Shown: positions 1 to 12,227 of the stretch, piece by piece
Position numbering within the stretch: the stretch's first letter is position 1
Layout: every line of letters begins with the position of its first letter
NCBI GenBank assembly: GCA_905178155.1
Contig: CAJINV010000001.1
Location: 1,104,606-1,168,605 of the forward strand
Source: Amoebophrya sp. A120
Taxonomy: Eukaryota > Protista > Dinoflagellata
Reading direction: 5' to 3'
Length of the DNA stretch: 64,000 nt
The notes under the pieces: model-generated
Told to the model about the DNA's origin: nothing
What the model saw: the letters and a program-made list of their open reading frames with translations, nothing else
Databases searched by the model: none
Program-made: the position numbers and the translations under genes

Positions 1-248
1 CATACCTTCTTGGCCAGGAGGCCAGTTTGTCACGCAGGGGGCTAGAAAGGATGCCCCGCTGCGAAGGTGGATGGCCACATGCCTTCTTGGCCAGGAGGCC
101 AGTTTGTCACGCAGGGGGCTAGAAAGGATGCCCCGCTGCGAAGGTGGATGGGGGGGGTCCGGGGGGGGCTTGCCCCCCTTGGCCACATACCTTCTTGGCC
201 AGGAGGCCAGTTTGTCACGCAGGGGGCTAGAAAGGATGCCCCGCCGCG
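1..248. repeat. Three copies of a ~77-bp tandem unit (truncated at window edge) with a G/C-run hairpin insert
   Basis: CAT(A/G)CCTTCTTGGCCAGGAGGCCAGTTTGTCACGCAGGGGGCTAGAAAGGATGCCCCG starts at 1, 78 and 186. Between copies 2 and 3 lies GGGGGGGTCCGGGGGGGGCTTGCCCCCC. Confidence 0.85.
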
Positions 249-1203
249 AAATAGCAGACCGGATTTCGCCTTCAATGCTTATCGCAGGAGCCTGCGGGCC
301 GCCGCGGGCGACAGTAGTTGTCCGCGGGCCTAAGCTTTGAATGCGAATCCGGAAGCCCCCGATGACCCGCGATAGATGGCGATACTTACTTTCAACCTAT
401 GCGCACTAAAACTAGCAGCGTCGACTGACATCCCAGCCGGCCGCGGCCATGTTCTGGAAGCGACACATGTGGACCCTAGTCTACGTGTTGCGGTCGCGGC
501 CCTAAAGGGCCGCGAGCACAACTGCGGCCCGCGACCCAAGAAGAAGAAGTGGGATTCTAATTAAAAGAAATGGTGGTGGCAGCCGCGCGGCGTCGCCGCG
601 CGGCTGGTTTGGCTTTCGCGCTGGTTAGATTTTCGCGCACGCATTTGGTTACCAATATCGCCCTCCGGGCGCGATCTTCATAAGACCTAAAGTGAACAAA
701 CATCTTCCGGCATGATGCGCCACGAACACAACTCACAACGGTCGGTGCCATTCAGATTTTATTTCCTGCTAGGAGTAGAACTCCAAAAGCAGCTCGCCCA
801 AATCGTCCCTTTCTTTCTCAATTTCACAACTGTACCAAATGGCCTTATTTGTCCGAGATGGCATTTGTAGGTCTGAAGTAGATGAATGTAGCAAAGTAGT
901 CATTGACTAATAACTCTTGTGATTCAGCATCCGGGGTCGAAAGGTTGACGAGCCCTTTCTTTCATTTTTTTTTTTGCGCACGACACCCGTTGTAAGTACA
1001 AGGGGTGCATGTTGACATGTGTTTATTTCTTCATTCTGTATTCTCTTGTCCGAGCAAAATAAACGCTTTTCATGAAGTTAAACCGCTCGACGTAGTGGAC
1101 GTAACATTCATTTACATGCAAAATTTGTCTTCGGGTTGCATCATGAAAGGTCATTATATGGTGCGTGAGGTGCACAATATTTCCAAGCTGATCTTGGCAT
1201 CCA

Positions 1204-4200
1204 TCAGCCCTTTGCCCCCGCTTTGTCTTCCATTTCCATGAGCAGCGGTGCTCGGCGGTTGCTTCCGTCGGATGCCGTGTGTATATCGTCCGACGACCCC
1301 GTATCGGAGCTGCAGACCGAAACGAGGACCCGCTCCTGGCGATCGGTGGTGTCCCGTTTCCGCTTGCCCGTCGCCGGGCCGGCGCTGCCCTGCTCGGAAA
1401 ACTATGCATTGCAAAAGTATCATACTAGTATAAATCGCATGACAAATTAGCTCAGCGTGACAAATGGAATTTGTCATGCTGTTTTACCTTGGGGCGAAGA
1501 TTTGTAATGCATGACTGCGATTACTACGAGTACGACACTTTTGCACAGGATAAAAACCAACCAAAAACCACGACCCAACTGACGACCACCAAGGCGCCTA
1601 GGTATCACACTGAAAAAAACTGGCAGCCAGTTCATATTTGTAATGCAAAAATAAATAGACAAGAGAATTTGTGTTGCATATCCTAAATAGCATGCTACGA
1701 GGTCGCCCATGACAGATTTTTCTGTGTGTTTATTTTTGCATTACAAATATGCCCTGCCAGCTTTTTGCTGTGGGATACTATGGTGAGTGTGATGATCCGA
1801 GTGGGCGAGTAGTCGCCTTCCGGCGGGTATCAAATGCAAATAGGTCTGGGTCTGGAAAGATGCAACTTGTGACGCTGGCTTTGGATTCGAAACAAATTTG
1901 TGTTGCGTGCACAGCAAAGGGAGTCCAGGTTTTGCTATGCGGAGAGGGAGTTTCTCATGCGGAATGGGCCTCAAGAAGGACTCAGAAAATCTGTGATGCT
2001 AGGACACACATCAGAGACATCATGCGTCATGTAAAATGTGCAGGGGAAAGAACGTTGCGCTTTTCCAGACCCAAACATATTTGCATTTGATAGCGGCCGC
2101 ACCACGGTGACCTCCCACAGACAGAGGACCACTGTACACACGCACTGCCCCACGTTTTTCCACAGCGACGAGAGATATTTTACCTGGATAGATCACAAAG
2201 TGAGTTTTTTATTCGCAGTTCCACCTGTTGGGCAGCAGCTCTTGGACAGCATTCTAGTAAGAAGTAGCCATGCGCACGGATCATGGATGTCGTGGCTTCA
2301 CTCTTTCTTTTTCCTATAGAAGGCGTGGCTCTTTCCACTTTTTATTTTTTTCAATATTTAATTGACAATAAAGATCGCCTACCAATAGTCCCGCCTGCCA
2401 GAAGGAGATGACCATCCAGAGTAGCGTGTAGAACACCGACAAATCCCAGCCGGCGAAAAATCCACGGTCGTACACCTGCAGCACGCCTTGGCTCCACTGC
2501 TCCGCCTTATCCTCCGGAAACAAATAGCGATACCCCCGAAAGTCCTTCTCTGGGCACACCGAAGGGCTGCAAACGCGGTCGCGGGAACCCGGCGCTATCG
2601 GCAACCCCGGCGCTGTGGCTCCCTGCAGAACTACAATCGCGGTGCTGTCAAAAATCCTGGTGTTTTTATCTTTCGGGGAAGTACTAGCTACGCGAGTGTC
2701 GGCCGGTAATATTGAGGTGTCATCTACTTCGCTCGAAGCGGTAGCGGATTCTACTTTTGCCGCAGCTGCGTCCACCTCGTGTGATGTGTCTCTTTCTCCA
2801 CTACTCGCAAAATTCTCGTCATCTTTCCGCTTCCATCGGTCGCTGTTTCTGTGCCAGAATTGCGTTAGCTCGTTGCGGAAGAGAAGCTTGTCATTGGGTG
2901 AGGATTCTATTCGCCTATTTTCTGCTGCAAGTTGTGATAGCCCCTGCTGTAGTTTCTGTTGCTCTCCTGCGGCGAGCGCACTATTGCTGATAGATGGACT
3001 ACTACTACTGCTACTACCCGCACTATCGGTTGTTGAACTTGAAATTTGCGCTACTTCCTGCTTTTCTGGAAACAGGTGTTCTTGAAACGCGGTTTCTACT
3101 AGCGCGCTGTACTGCCACCGCGGTGGCGTTGCGCTGTCCGCGTGTTCCAGCCCCCGAGCGCCGAGCTCCTTCTCGCTCGATACCACCACTGCAGAGGACC
3201 AGCGTTCCGATTGCGACGTGGTGTTGGTCGACCGGAACCGCAGCTCCCAGCGCTGCTGCGTCTCCGCGAACAGAAAGCACGCCTCGCGTCCCAGCGAGAG
3301 GCTCTTGCAAAACGGATCTGTACCGAGATCATGTTGACTACTTGATGTGCTGTCACCTGCTGCTCCCGATGGCGTCGTAGTACTAGAAGCTGGACCGAGA
3401 AAGTGGAGGCTTTGATGTTCTGCCGCGACCGGGGAAAGAGAGTTTGTTTCGGTTCTACTTGCGGGGGCTATCAGTTCTATAGTTGACTCGTGATCTGCAT
3501 GCCTTTTGTTGTCGTCCCCTTCCATTGCAAGACTCGTCCCGCCGTGAACTTCGCCGCTGCCCCCGCTCGGACCGACGAGAGCGGGTTGATGAATATTATT
3601 ATTTTCAATGCTTGATGTTTTAAAACCCTCCCTGCTCTTCCGGACATAGACCCCGAGCCAGGTATCCGGCAGCTTGTCCGCCACGAATGCCACCTGGTCG
3701 AAAAACTCGGTGGCGCCCACGCACTTCAGCTGCCGGGCGTACGGCGCGTACAGCGCCGCTCGCCGCGCACTCTCCGCAACTTTCGCGAGCCTCTCCAGGG
3801 CGATGTGGACAGTCAAGTCCTTCCGCTATGAGAGTGCACAACTGGTCCCCCTCCCCGTTAATTGGATGTTGCCATCCACAGCAACACAAGCTCCGGCGCA
3901 GATGCAGCTTTGCATGACAAATTGACGACCGATTTCATTTTCTAGTGCTGTTATGGATCATTCCGGAACCTGTCATGCGAGCTGTCCCAATAGGCAACTG
4001 GTGACCATTTGGTATTTTGCATGACAAATAAGGGAGAGGTGGGGGAGTTGTGTACCACTATCATATTCGCTCGCCAAACTCCACAAACTCCTCCTGGTCG
4101 GCTATCCTGAGTAAAAACGTCCCCACACCAGAGTTGTAATGCAGATTTGCAAAGACAGGAAGACTTGTAATGCGCATCCCCATGAGAGCCATTTCCAGTC

Positions 4201-6351
4201 GTGTTTTGGAATTTGTGATGCTGTGAACAGGATGAGCAGATGAATCTGTGATGCGGGCTGCACTTGCTAACCTGCACTACACTGCATAGTGCAACTTGTC
4301 ATGCGTGACTCACAAAACTCCTAGGTTTGTGTTGCAAAATCCACATCCTGACTCTGGTGTGGGTACGTTTTTACTCAGGATATCGGCGGATTCCCGGAGT
4401 TGCAGCAGCGTCGCCTCCCTGTTTTCGTGAGCACTGAACTCCGCTAGCGAATTGAACCGGTCTCCGCTGTAGTCAAAAAGCTTCTGCGCAGGACCTGTTG
4501 ATGTGGTTCGGTCGCGGGCAACATTTACCTACTTACTTCATAGTAAGTGGTTTCATGGCAACGAGGACCAAGGGCGCTGTACATCATGCAAAAAGCCCTT
4601 AGCTGCGCAAAGCTACGCGCTCCACCGGGCTTACAACTCCTACTACCGGAGTTTTGGTACAGACTATCGTCCGTACATACTACAACCGCGAACGATAATA
4701 AGTACTTATAGCGGAGAGGTTTTTTTTTTCTATTCAAGAGCAAGCACACGGCAGCGTACTATACCTTCTACGTCTTTCCGCACGGCGAAAACCGCCTTGT
4801 AACTGAAAAGGGAGTTTTTGAGCGCGTGCGTGGCGTGCGGCGTGTTTTCCATCTGGTCGATGACGTGGCCGAGCCAGGGGAGCGCAAAGAGCAGGACCGC
4901 GCTGACCAGCAGCCCCCCGGTCTCCTGGTGGAACTTCTGGACGTAAAAGGGCGTGTGCACGTCCCGCTTCATTATTTTTTCCGACAGCAGGCACCCGAGC
5001 ACGCTGCCCAGCGACCCCAGCACGGAGATTGCGATGCCGATCCGCTTATCCATTGCAAAAGTGTCTGGGTCTGGGAGGTTGCCAGGTTTGTCATGCATAT
5101 TTTTCATGACCCAGAATGTCTGCAATGCACGACCTAGCATCGCAGATCTTTAGAGGGCTTCCTGATGCCTACTCCGCATGACAAACGCCCTCCCCGCGTA
5201 GCACAAACTAGACTCCTCTTGCTGGTCATGCAATACAAATTTTTTTTAGAGTCCAAAAACAGCATGACAAACATGCATTCTTCCAGACCGAGACATTTTT
5301 GCATTTGATACCGCTGGTCGCCGTGCGGACTGCCGGCGTCCGCCCCAGACTGGTTCAACTGGAAGAGCGCCACCGACAACGCCAGCATAACCACCGCCGT
5401 GACCTGGCGGAACGTGTGCATCCGCCCGGACACGAAGAAGGCGAGGAACACGTTCATCGGGAGCCGCACTTGCTGGGTGATCTTCGCCATGCCCGCGGTG
5501 AGAAACACCATCTGCAGCATATCAAAATGAAAAATCCCCCCTCCCCATACTAAAACGGGACTTGTGTAGCATGATTTGCTACCACCAATCGCGTTGTCAT
5601 GCTAGAAGGCAAAAGATGCGGACTGTAGTGCTGGCTGGCGTGGGAAAGCCTTGCATCTTTCGAATGACAGGAGGCGAGTGGAAGTGGCAAACAGCATGAC
5701 AAATAGCCTGCAACTCAGGTCGCAACAATGTCTCTTGGTCTTTTCGCGATTTGTTTACGCAAATTCAGCATCACAAATGTCTTTTTCAAAATGGGGAGGG
5801 GGGATTTTTCCTCGCAATACAGCACGGCCATCGATTGAGAAATGGCGAAGAAGACCGCAATCGGCAGGTTCTGCAGCCAGAGCGACACCTCGAAGCAGTG
5901 CCGCACCTGGTCCATGCCGCCTTTGAAGAATGAAGTGCAAATGGAGAGCACCAGGGACACGCACGCCACCGTCACGGGCAGGCTCTGCGGCAGCACCTGG
6001 GGAAGAGAACGAAAGAAAGCTTAGTAATACGAAAATTGTTACGTGGTTATTGCTTTTCGAAATAGAGGGGGCTGAACTCGTACAACTATGCCTCTAGTTG
6101 TGCGTTTCCATACAAGCCACAGAGACGTATTGCGATTCTTGCCTGGGGTCGTTGCCGTTAACCTCAGGTGATAGTTCAAAACGTCGAACTAGATCAACCT
6201 GGTTCCGCAGTTTAAAAAAAAAATCAAATACCGCGGTGCCCTTCACGCAGGTATCGTTGGCCCGATTTTTCGCCACATCCACGATGACGTAGAAAGCCAG
6301 AAATGTAAACGTCTTCCAAGACGACACGCCGCCCGTGGAAGCACTAGGCAT
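1204..6351 (-). CDS. Nucleotide-sugar transporter (SLC35A/DMT-like), 11 exons, with a very large hydrophilic insertion
   Basis: Removing 7 introner elements and 3 GT-AG introns (5997-6231, ~4495-4764, ~2183-2382) gives one frame: MPSASTGG..FLAFYVIVD..LQMVFLTAGMAKITQQVRLP..SVLGCLLSEKIMK..GFFAGWD..AGLLV|VKYLSSLWKNVG..LGALVVVSWVVVFGW..stop at 1204. The TM pattern and the EKxxK, GFFxGW and VKY motifs match SLC35A. Confidence 0.8.
1403..1552. mobile_element. Introner element IE1 (family C)
   Basis: TATGCATTGCAAAAGT...ACTTTTGCACAGGATA flanked by AAAAC/AAAAC. Removal gives GWF-SEQG in frame. Confidence 0.85.
1603..1777. mobile_element. Introner element IE2 (family D)
   Basis: TATCACACTGAAAAAAACTGGCAG...CTGCCAGCTTTTTGCTGTGGGATA, with flanks CTAGG/CTATG (4/5). 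Confidence 0.8.
1828..2092. mobile_element. Introner element IE3 (family A)
   Basis: TATCAAATGCAAATAGGTCTGGGTCTGGAA...TTCCAGACCCAAACATATTTGCATTTGATA, with flanks GCGGG/GCGGC. Confidence 0.9.
3827..4065. mobile_element. Introner element IE4 (singleton family)
   Basis: TATGAGAGTGCACAACT...AGTTGTGTACCACTATCATA, with flanks TCCGC/TTCGC. Removal joins EFGER to KDLTVHIAL. Confidence 0.8.
4103..4382. mobile_element. Introner element IE5 (family B)
   Basis: TATCCTGAGTAAAAACGTCCCCACACCAGAG...CTCTGGTGTGGGTACGTTTTTACTCAGGATA, with perfect TCGGC repeats. Confidence 0.92.
5047..5310. mobile_element. Introner element IE6 (family A)
   Basis: TATCCATTGCAAAAGTGTCTGGGTCTGG...CCAGACCGAGACATTTTTGCATTTGATA, with perfect CCGCT repeats. 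Joins HGDQR-IGIAI. Confidence 0.92.
5520..5819. mobile_element. Introner element IE7 (family E)
   Basis: TATCAAAATGAAAAATCCCCCCTCCCCAT...ATGGGGAGGGGGGATTTTTCCTCGCAATA, with perfect CAGCA repeats. Joins MAVL-QMVF. Confidence 0.92.
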
Positions 6352-8816
6352 TCTGGCGTCCCGAGGACTGCGCAGGCAGTCGCGCGCGCAAAGTCGGAAA
6401 AAGATGTTCTGTGCGGCGCCTTCTTCGCTCTCTAAAGATGAACGTAGAGCCGTTTCGACAAATTTTGATAAAACTGGTCACCTACGTAGCTGCAGCCTCC
6501 TCCAATGGGATAAACGACGAAAGAACTCGAAAAAGAATGAAGGATCAAAGCGCGCGAGCGGTGGTACTAGATCATGAGATCGACCGTTTGCGGGATCACA
6601 CACTGCATCTTGAGCCTTATTTTCTGGAAAACCAACACGAACCTGCATCAAGGAAGAACAGCGGATGGAGCAGCGGCACGCAATGGAGGGCGTGCCGGAT
6701 ATTTGAGCAAACACGCACGCGGGCTTTTAACTTATGCCGCCGAGGCCGCCAAAGGGGGGACGGTGGGCGGGGGGCGTCCGCCGTTCGGCGGCGCGACCGG
6801 TCGCAAACTCGCCCCACCTTCTTGACCCGCAGCTGGGTATCATCCCTGCGCCGCCGCCAAGGGAATGCGGGCGACGGACGGGTCGGGCGACGCCAGGAAG
6901 TCCAGAATGATCCGCACCACGGTGGGGGTGGCACGGAAAAAGTTACTGAAAAGCCGCTGCGGAAAGCGCTGAGAGTGGGCAAACAGGTGCGATCTTTGGA
7001 TTCCTTTTACTTTATGGAGTCCGATCTGGTTGGACATAGCTGGAGAACGATTGTTCTACTGAATTTGCAAAGTTTTTCGCTAAATGACAGCGTGCAAAAA
7101 ATCGCATAGAAAGATGATGAGAAAACCCATCACAGGGCAAAAATGGGCGCGCTTTATGGTTTTTCTATACTTTGCCAGGAGTATCTCTGGCATGTCATTT
7201 AGTAAAATTTTCAAAAAAATTGTAAAAACTGCACAACCTGGAAAAATGGAAAAAATACTAATGCGCAGTATTTGTGTAAGATAGGAATAAGAAGCATCCC
7301 AATGCTGATGGCCTTTCATCAGTGCACAAGAGCAAAAGTGCCCAGAGTGGACGTCTTTCACAGTCTCAAAAAAAATTGAAAAAAAATAACTTTAAGAGAA
7401 ATTGATGAAAAAACAAGAAAACTATCAAGAAACCAGACGGAATTTTGATAATTTGCGTACATATATACTTGATTCTTAGAAATCCTAACGCGATCTTCAA
7501 ATCGTTTTGCTGATCCAAGTCTTTCTTTACAGTGTGAGAACTCGAACTTCGAATCACCTTAGAACAAACTGTTGCTTTTCCGCAAACAAAACTCGCTTCC
7601 TGTCCTATAGTTTTTGATTGATCTTCTGGCTGCTGAGCGTCAAGATCGGAATTCGAAACTTGAGCCAACAGCCAGGCATTGAGAAAAAGAAAGCAAACAT
7701 TGTTTCAAGTCTTTGCATTTTTCTTTACTTCTGGCGTATCGCACCCAACAACGAGAAATGTTCGCTCCAAAGGAGATAGTAGTAGTGTTCTCTCAGCGTG
7801 AATGACGAATACGAAATAAAACAAACTGCCCGACTTACATAGTGGCTTTTGTGTATTGTATTGCTACTTTCTGTTCTCTCAAGGCCCGAAACAAAGTTGG
7901 TTTAGCTTCAAACGCTGTTCTTTCCTCTCTAGTGAAACCCGGCCTGAAACAAAGAGACAAAAACAACCGAGAGCTGCATTCTTGTGTGAGGTGCATTTGC
8001 GTGTTAGCCAAGAAACAAAAGAAACCCGATTTGCATGTCTACTTGTGCATCGTGACCACAAACATACTATACTGGTGAAAATAGACACAAAAGAGGAGAC
8101 TAATAGGGTAACTGGTTATCCTTCTACACAAACTCCTGCGGTGTCCGCCTATGATAGTAACTTCTCATCATGAAGAGCCAAGCCTGGCACCGCGTCAGAC
8201 GACAGCTGGATTTAGGTGCCGCACTGCTGCTTGACTGCGGGCAGGTCCAGGACTAACATGACGGCAATCCCCGGCGTTCCATAGCAGAGTTGGAGCCCGT
8301 TTCTGCTGTCTGCTTCCTTTTCAGAGATGCACCAAGGTGATGCGTTTCCTGAAGGGAATAAAGCGTCACAAGTGGTCTGGAAAAGCCGCAAATCCAGCCA
8401 GAAACGGTTCGCAACAAAGCCTGGAACTGGCATTTGCCCCGAAAACCGCTGCAAAGTCGTACCGCGCCGCTGTAACCGCTGTTGTACCGCAAAAATTCGG
8501 CTTTGTACCACCACCCCACAATTGTTTCTCCCGCGCGACCAGGATCAACAGGTCCTGACACTTTGGCCGCCGCCAAAGCACCACACACCGCCAAACGCCG
8601 CGCAATTCCCGTCAGAATGCGAAATGCTGGCCGAATTCCCGCCAAATGTCCGCAAATTCCCGCTGGAGCGCCAGGACTATAGAATCTGACTCCATACACT
8701 GCGAAATTTGGTAGGATGCCCGCGCACTATCGAAATTTGCTGAATTTTCTAAAATTGATGCATGATTTTCCAGAAGACACGGCATAACATTTATTAAGTT
8801 TTTGCGTGATTCAAAA

Positions 8817-8990
8817 ATTATTTTCGTGCTTGGCTCTCTCTATCTCATCTTACACACACGTGTTTGTACTGTACAGATGCTACCGTCTGGTCCCTCAAGG
8901 CTCGACGAGCGCCACGTGCGGACACAGCGCCGCGACACAAGCTGAAGACGCCGAGATCGTGTACGAGCACGATCGAAACCGGGAGGCCCC
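8817..8990. repeat. Split direct repeat A, terminal copy (174 bp)
   Basis: ATTATTTTCGTGCTTGG...GGGAGGCCCC, apparently identical to 15544-15717. Confidence 0.92.
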
Positions 8991-9217
8991 GCACAACGCA
9001 TACGAAGCGAGCACCACATACGAAGCAAGAGACAGCGTCAAAGCTTGAACCGCGACACAAGTCTGCACACGCGCAAGTCGAAAAGAGTACGCTGCGATAG
9101 AACAGCGCTATCAGCGTACACAACGGCAGCACCTCTACACACCAGAAGCTGAAATGAAATCACATGTACATGAAGCAACATCTTTGTCACAAAAAACCAG
9201 TGTACAACACGATCAGA

Positions 9218-11503
9218 TCACAGAATGTCCTCATCGGAGGAACCACCAATAGTATCACCATCATCACCTGCAAGCGCTAACGCAAGCTGATCAACACCAT
9301 GAGAAACGTCACAAACAAGGATTTTTTTGAAATAATCATCCATACCAAAAGACTCTTTGATTTCACTGAACAGGGATGGGAAAATGCGCAACAACACTGC
9401 CATTTTGTCATCCCTTGTGGGATAGTCCGCCAGATTATAATCTGACGGCACCCGCGTGTTCCACGGCTTCATGTCGTGGCGCGCGGCCTTGGTCCAGAAC
9501 TCTGCGCACAGCCGCGAGAGGTACCACTTTTGCTTCCCGCTCCGACCTTGTGACAACAAGCACTCCTGCGCGCAGGAGTTGTCGATGGCATGGTCAAACC
9601 GCTTGCCAGCCAGATCCGCCGCAAAATACTCGATAGCAAGCGGCGCCACAGCAGTTTCCAAAACATTGATTGGAAAAAGCCGGAAATCTGGGTGGAGGAG
9701 TGCGGCCCAGACGTTCTGGCGCACGCACTTGAAGACACCGTCCTGGACGTAGACTGCGGCGAGAACGCCTTTCTTCGCCGACCACTGTGCATCCGTATAC
9801 AACAGTGTATTTTTCTCGGATTTCTTCTCGAAGGTGATGCCGCGCTTCAGCGGGAGCTTCATCACCTCCTTTACCGCCCGCAGCGCAAGCGCGACTGCTT
9901 CCGTGACCGCGGTTTCTTCTCGCGACATGTGCCTCCGCAGCGGCCGCAAGAGCGGACTCAATGCACGATCCGCAACTGCAGCTAACACGAATGTTAGTCT
10001 GCCTACTAACTCGCTAGCGGTGGGTCCGTCTAACCACATCGACATCAAAGCCGCGTCGCACGCTTCTACTATTTGCGCCTTCTTCTGCGGGGTTACTTCT
10101 ACTGTCGGGATGTTGCCGCGCACATCAAAGAGCAGACCTAGAACCTCAAGTAGGTCTGCAACTTTGATCTTGTCCGTCATCGCAGGCAGGCCGAGCATCT
10201 GGAGCAGCTCAAGCAGTTGATCGCGAATGAGCTTGCCCAGGCCTTTCTTCACCCAATTCGGATAGTCATCGACGTAATCCTCGGAATTTAAGAAGTAGTG
10301 CAAGCGCAGCACGGAACGGAGAAGTTTACCCGGCCTGCACCACCCCGTTACGCTGTGTCTGCTTCCAAAGATGGCAGACACAGCGACGAACCGGAAGTAT
10401 CTGCACACGTCGGGGTGGTAGGCTAGCAGTGTGTTGTACTTTCTGTGCTGCACTTTGATCATCAAGTTGTTATAGCATTTTGCTATGTCGAGAAGTACAC
10501 ACTCTAGATCATTTGTCACGCTGTTTTCTATCTTCCGCTTCTTCACACTGCTCTGCACACTGTTGCTGAAGACTGGTTTATCACTGTGCACGGGCTGCAC
10601 AGCGTCTTCTTTCATCAGGTCACCGTCCATCTGGTTGATTTCCCCTTTCACAATCTTCACAAACTGGGACTCGTGCCTCTTTTCCGCTTTCCTGCACCTC
10701 TGCAAAATCTTGCGGTTGTGCTTCACAATCTTCAAACCGCTGACGCCGGGGTTTTTTGCGACTGCCGCATTGCACAAAACATCTAGTGCACTTGGTATCG
10801 GAACACGCTTGTCGAGGGGGGAGCAAGCGTTCGCAGATACCGCCGGATCTATCATCCGGATTTTCTTGGGCTGCACACGTGGAAAGCGCCGGTACCCGTG
10901 ATAGATCTTCATCTGCTCTGCCTCGTTCGTAGCGACGTCTTCACCTATCGGAAACGGCCCCTGCAACAGCTCATAACCGAGCTCCGGAACCACCTTCGTT
11001 TCATCTATGCAGCGCTGCCACGTGGTGCGGATGAGCTCGTCCGACCAGGCCGGCTTCCGGTGTATTCCTTTCATCACATCCTGCACAACTTTGGACGGGG
11101 CAAAGTCTTCTACATTTCCACACATTTTGTCCTTCTTGGCCCGCGGCGACCAGTTTTCGTCGACTTCGCAACGGCCTATCATGGCGAGACCGTCTCGCCA
11201 GACGGTCCAGGCAAGCGGATCCGTACTGTGGTATTTTGCACCGAGCAATTCCCACAGGCCCAGGTGCTTGCACACCTGGGGCTTTCTAATCTCCTCGTCG
11301 ATGCTCCCGTAGATTTCCATGGAGCGCACATGCGTCTGCGCAGCCCAGTCCTTCATTTGCTCGTGCTGTCTCGTCAGCAACTCTTCAGACAGGAAGGCGG
11401 GATCTGGCAAAACTGGTGCGACGTCGAAGGGATGATCCCGTATGGAATCATATTCGACTCGCTTGAGAACATTGTGCACATCTGTGGCAGTAGGTAGTGG
11501 CAT
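9218..11503 (-). CDS. Reverse transcriptase-RNase H (DIRS-type pol), 761 aa
   Basis: RT motifs LLDIAKCY, FGSRHSVTGW, YVDDY, EVLGL. RNase H motifs YTDA, INVLE, IDN, RVPSDYNLADYPTR. Confidence 0.92.
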   Translation of the reverse strand: MPLPTATDVHNVLKRVEYDSIRDHPFDVAPVLPDPAFLSEELLTRQHEQMKDWAAQTHVRSMEIYGSIDEEIRKPQVCKHLGLWELLGAKYHSTDPLAWTVWRDGLAMIGRCEVDENWSPRAKKDKMCGNVEDFAPSKVVQDVMKGIHRKPAWSDELIRTTWQRCIDETKVVPELGYELLQGPFPIGEDVATNEAEQMKIYHGYRRFPRVQPKKIRMIDPAVSANACSPLDKRVPIPSALDVLCNAAVAKNPGVSGLKIVKHNRKILQRCRKAEKRHESQFVKIVKGEINQMDGDLMKEDAVQPVHSDKPVFSNSVQSSVKKRKIENSVTNDLECVLLDIAKCYNNLMIKVQHRKYNTLLAYHPDVCRYFRFVAVSAIFGSRHSVTGWCRPGKLLRSVLRLHYFLNSEDYVDDYPNWVKKGLGKLIRDQLLELLQMLGLPAMTDKIKVADLLEVLGLLFDVRGNIPTVEVTPQKKAQIVEACDAALMSMWLDGPTASELVGRLTFVLAAVADRALSPLLRPLRRHMSREETAVTEAVALALRAVKEVMKLPLKRGITFEKKSEKNTLLYTDAQWSAKKGVLAAVYVQDGVFKCVRQNVWAALLHPDFRLFPINVLETAVAPLAIEYFAADLAGKRFDHAIDNSCAQECLLSQGRSGKQKWYLSRLCAEFWTKAARHDMKPWNTRVPSDYNLADYPTRDDKMAVLLRIFPSLFSEIKESFGMDDYFKKILVCDVSHGVDQLALALAGDDGDTIGGSSDEDIL

Positions 11504-12227
11504 GGCTTGAGAAACTTAGTGAAAAGGACTGCAGCACAGTACCGCGAAGTGATGAAAAGGCCGTTAACATGGTGATGCGTGAAGTATGTATGAATTCCAT
11601 TTTGTAGTGCGTGCGTCCACATTTGCTTCCTCAGTAACCCAGTTTTGCCACCCCACGATACATTTGCGTCACACCGATAAGCTGCCTTCATAATGCACGT
11701 CTTCTTACTGGCACTGGCACAACCGACAGCGAATGCAGCATTTGCGCACTTTCTTGTACAATTTGATGTTTACACTGCCCTTTTTTTAATGAAACAGAGA
11801 TTTGCAACCGACATTGCAGACATATTTACACCAGTATGAACACACTGGAGACGGCGTGTTTGCCACGCAAGTTTCATCACAAGTTTATTTTGAAATCGAC
11901 TTCCATGTCACGCACAAAACATGTGGCTCTGTCTACTGAGCATTGTTCCAAAAATGTGCTGTTCTCTCGAATTTGAATTTCATTTGAAATCTGAGTTGAC
12001 ATGTGAGTGGTGACAAAACATGAAGTGAACCTTGTTGCAAGGTATAAAAACTAAAATTTCTTTGAAACGACATTCAGAGTCGCACAGCAGCTGCCACTGG
12101 AAAACTACTTTCTAAATTCATTAACTTGTAAATTTTAACATTTTGTAACTTGATTATTTCGTTTCGCAAACTACAGTGACAGCTACTGTGCGCTCATAAA
12201 AAAGACTCGCACGGGACGATCAACCAC

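Noticed and set aside
1827-2093. Apparent GT...AG intron on the plus strand at IE3
   Set aside because: The host gene is on the minus strand. The GT/AG arises from G bases of the flanking repeat abutting TAT/ATA.
7659-7668. TTGGCTCAAG on the minus strand resembling the dinoflagellate spliced-leader end
   Set aside because: Only a 10-nt match, not followed by a GT donor or a convincing ORF, so compatible with chance.
6400-8800. ORFs (e.g. 6411..7109) and weak similarity between ~7150-7260 and ~16945-17010
   Set aside because: No recognisable domains. The similarity is short and A-rich and may be compositional, so no element could be delimited.
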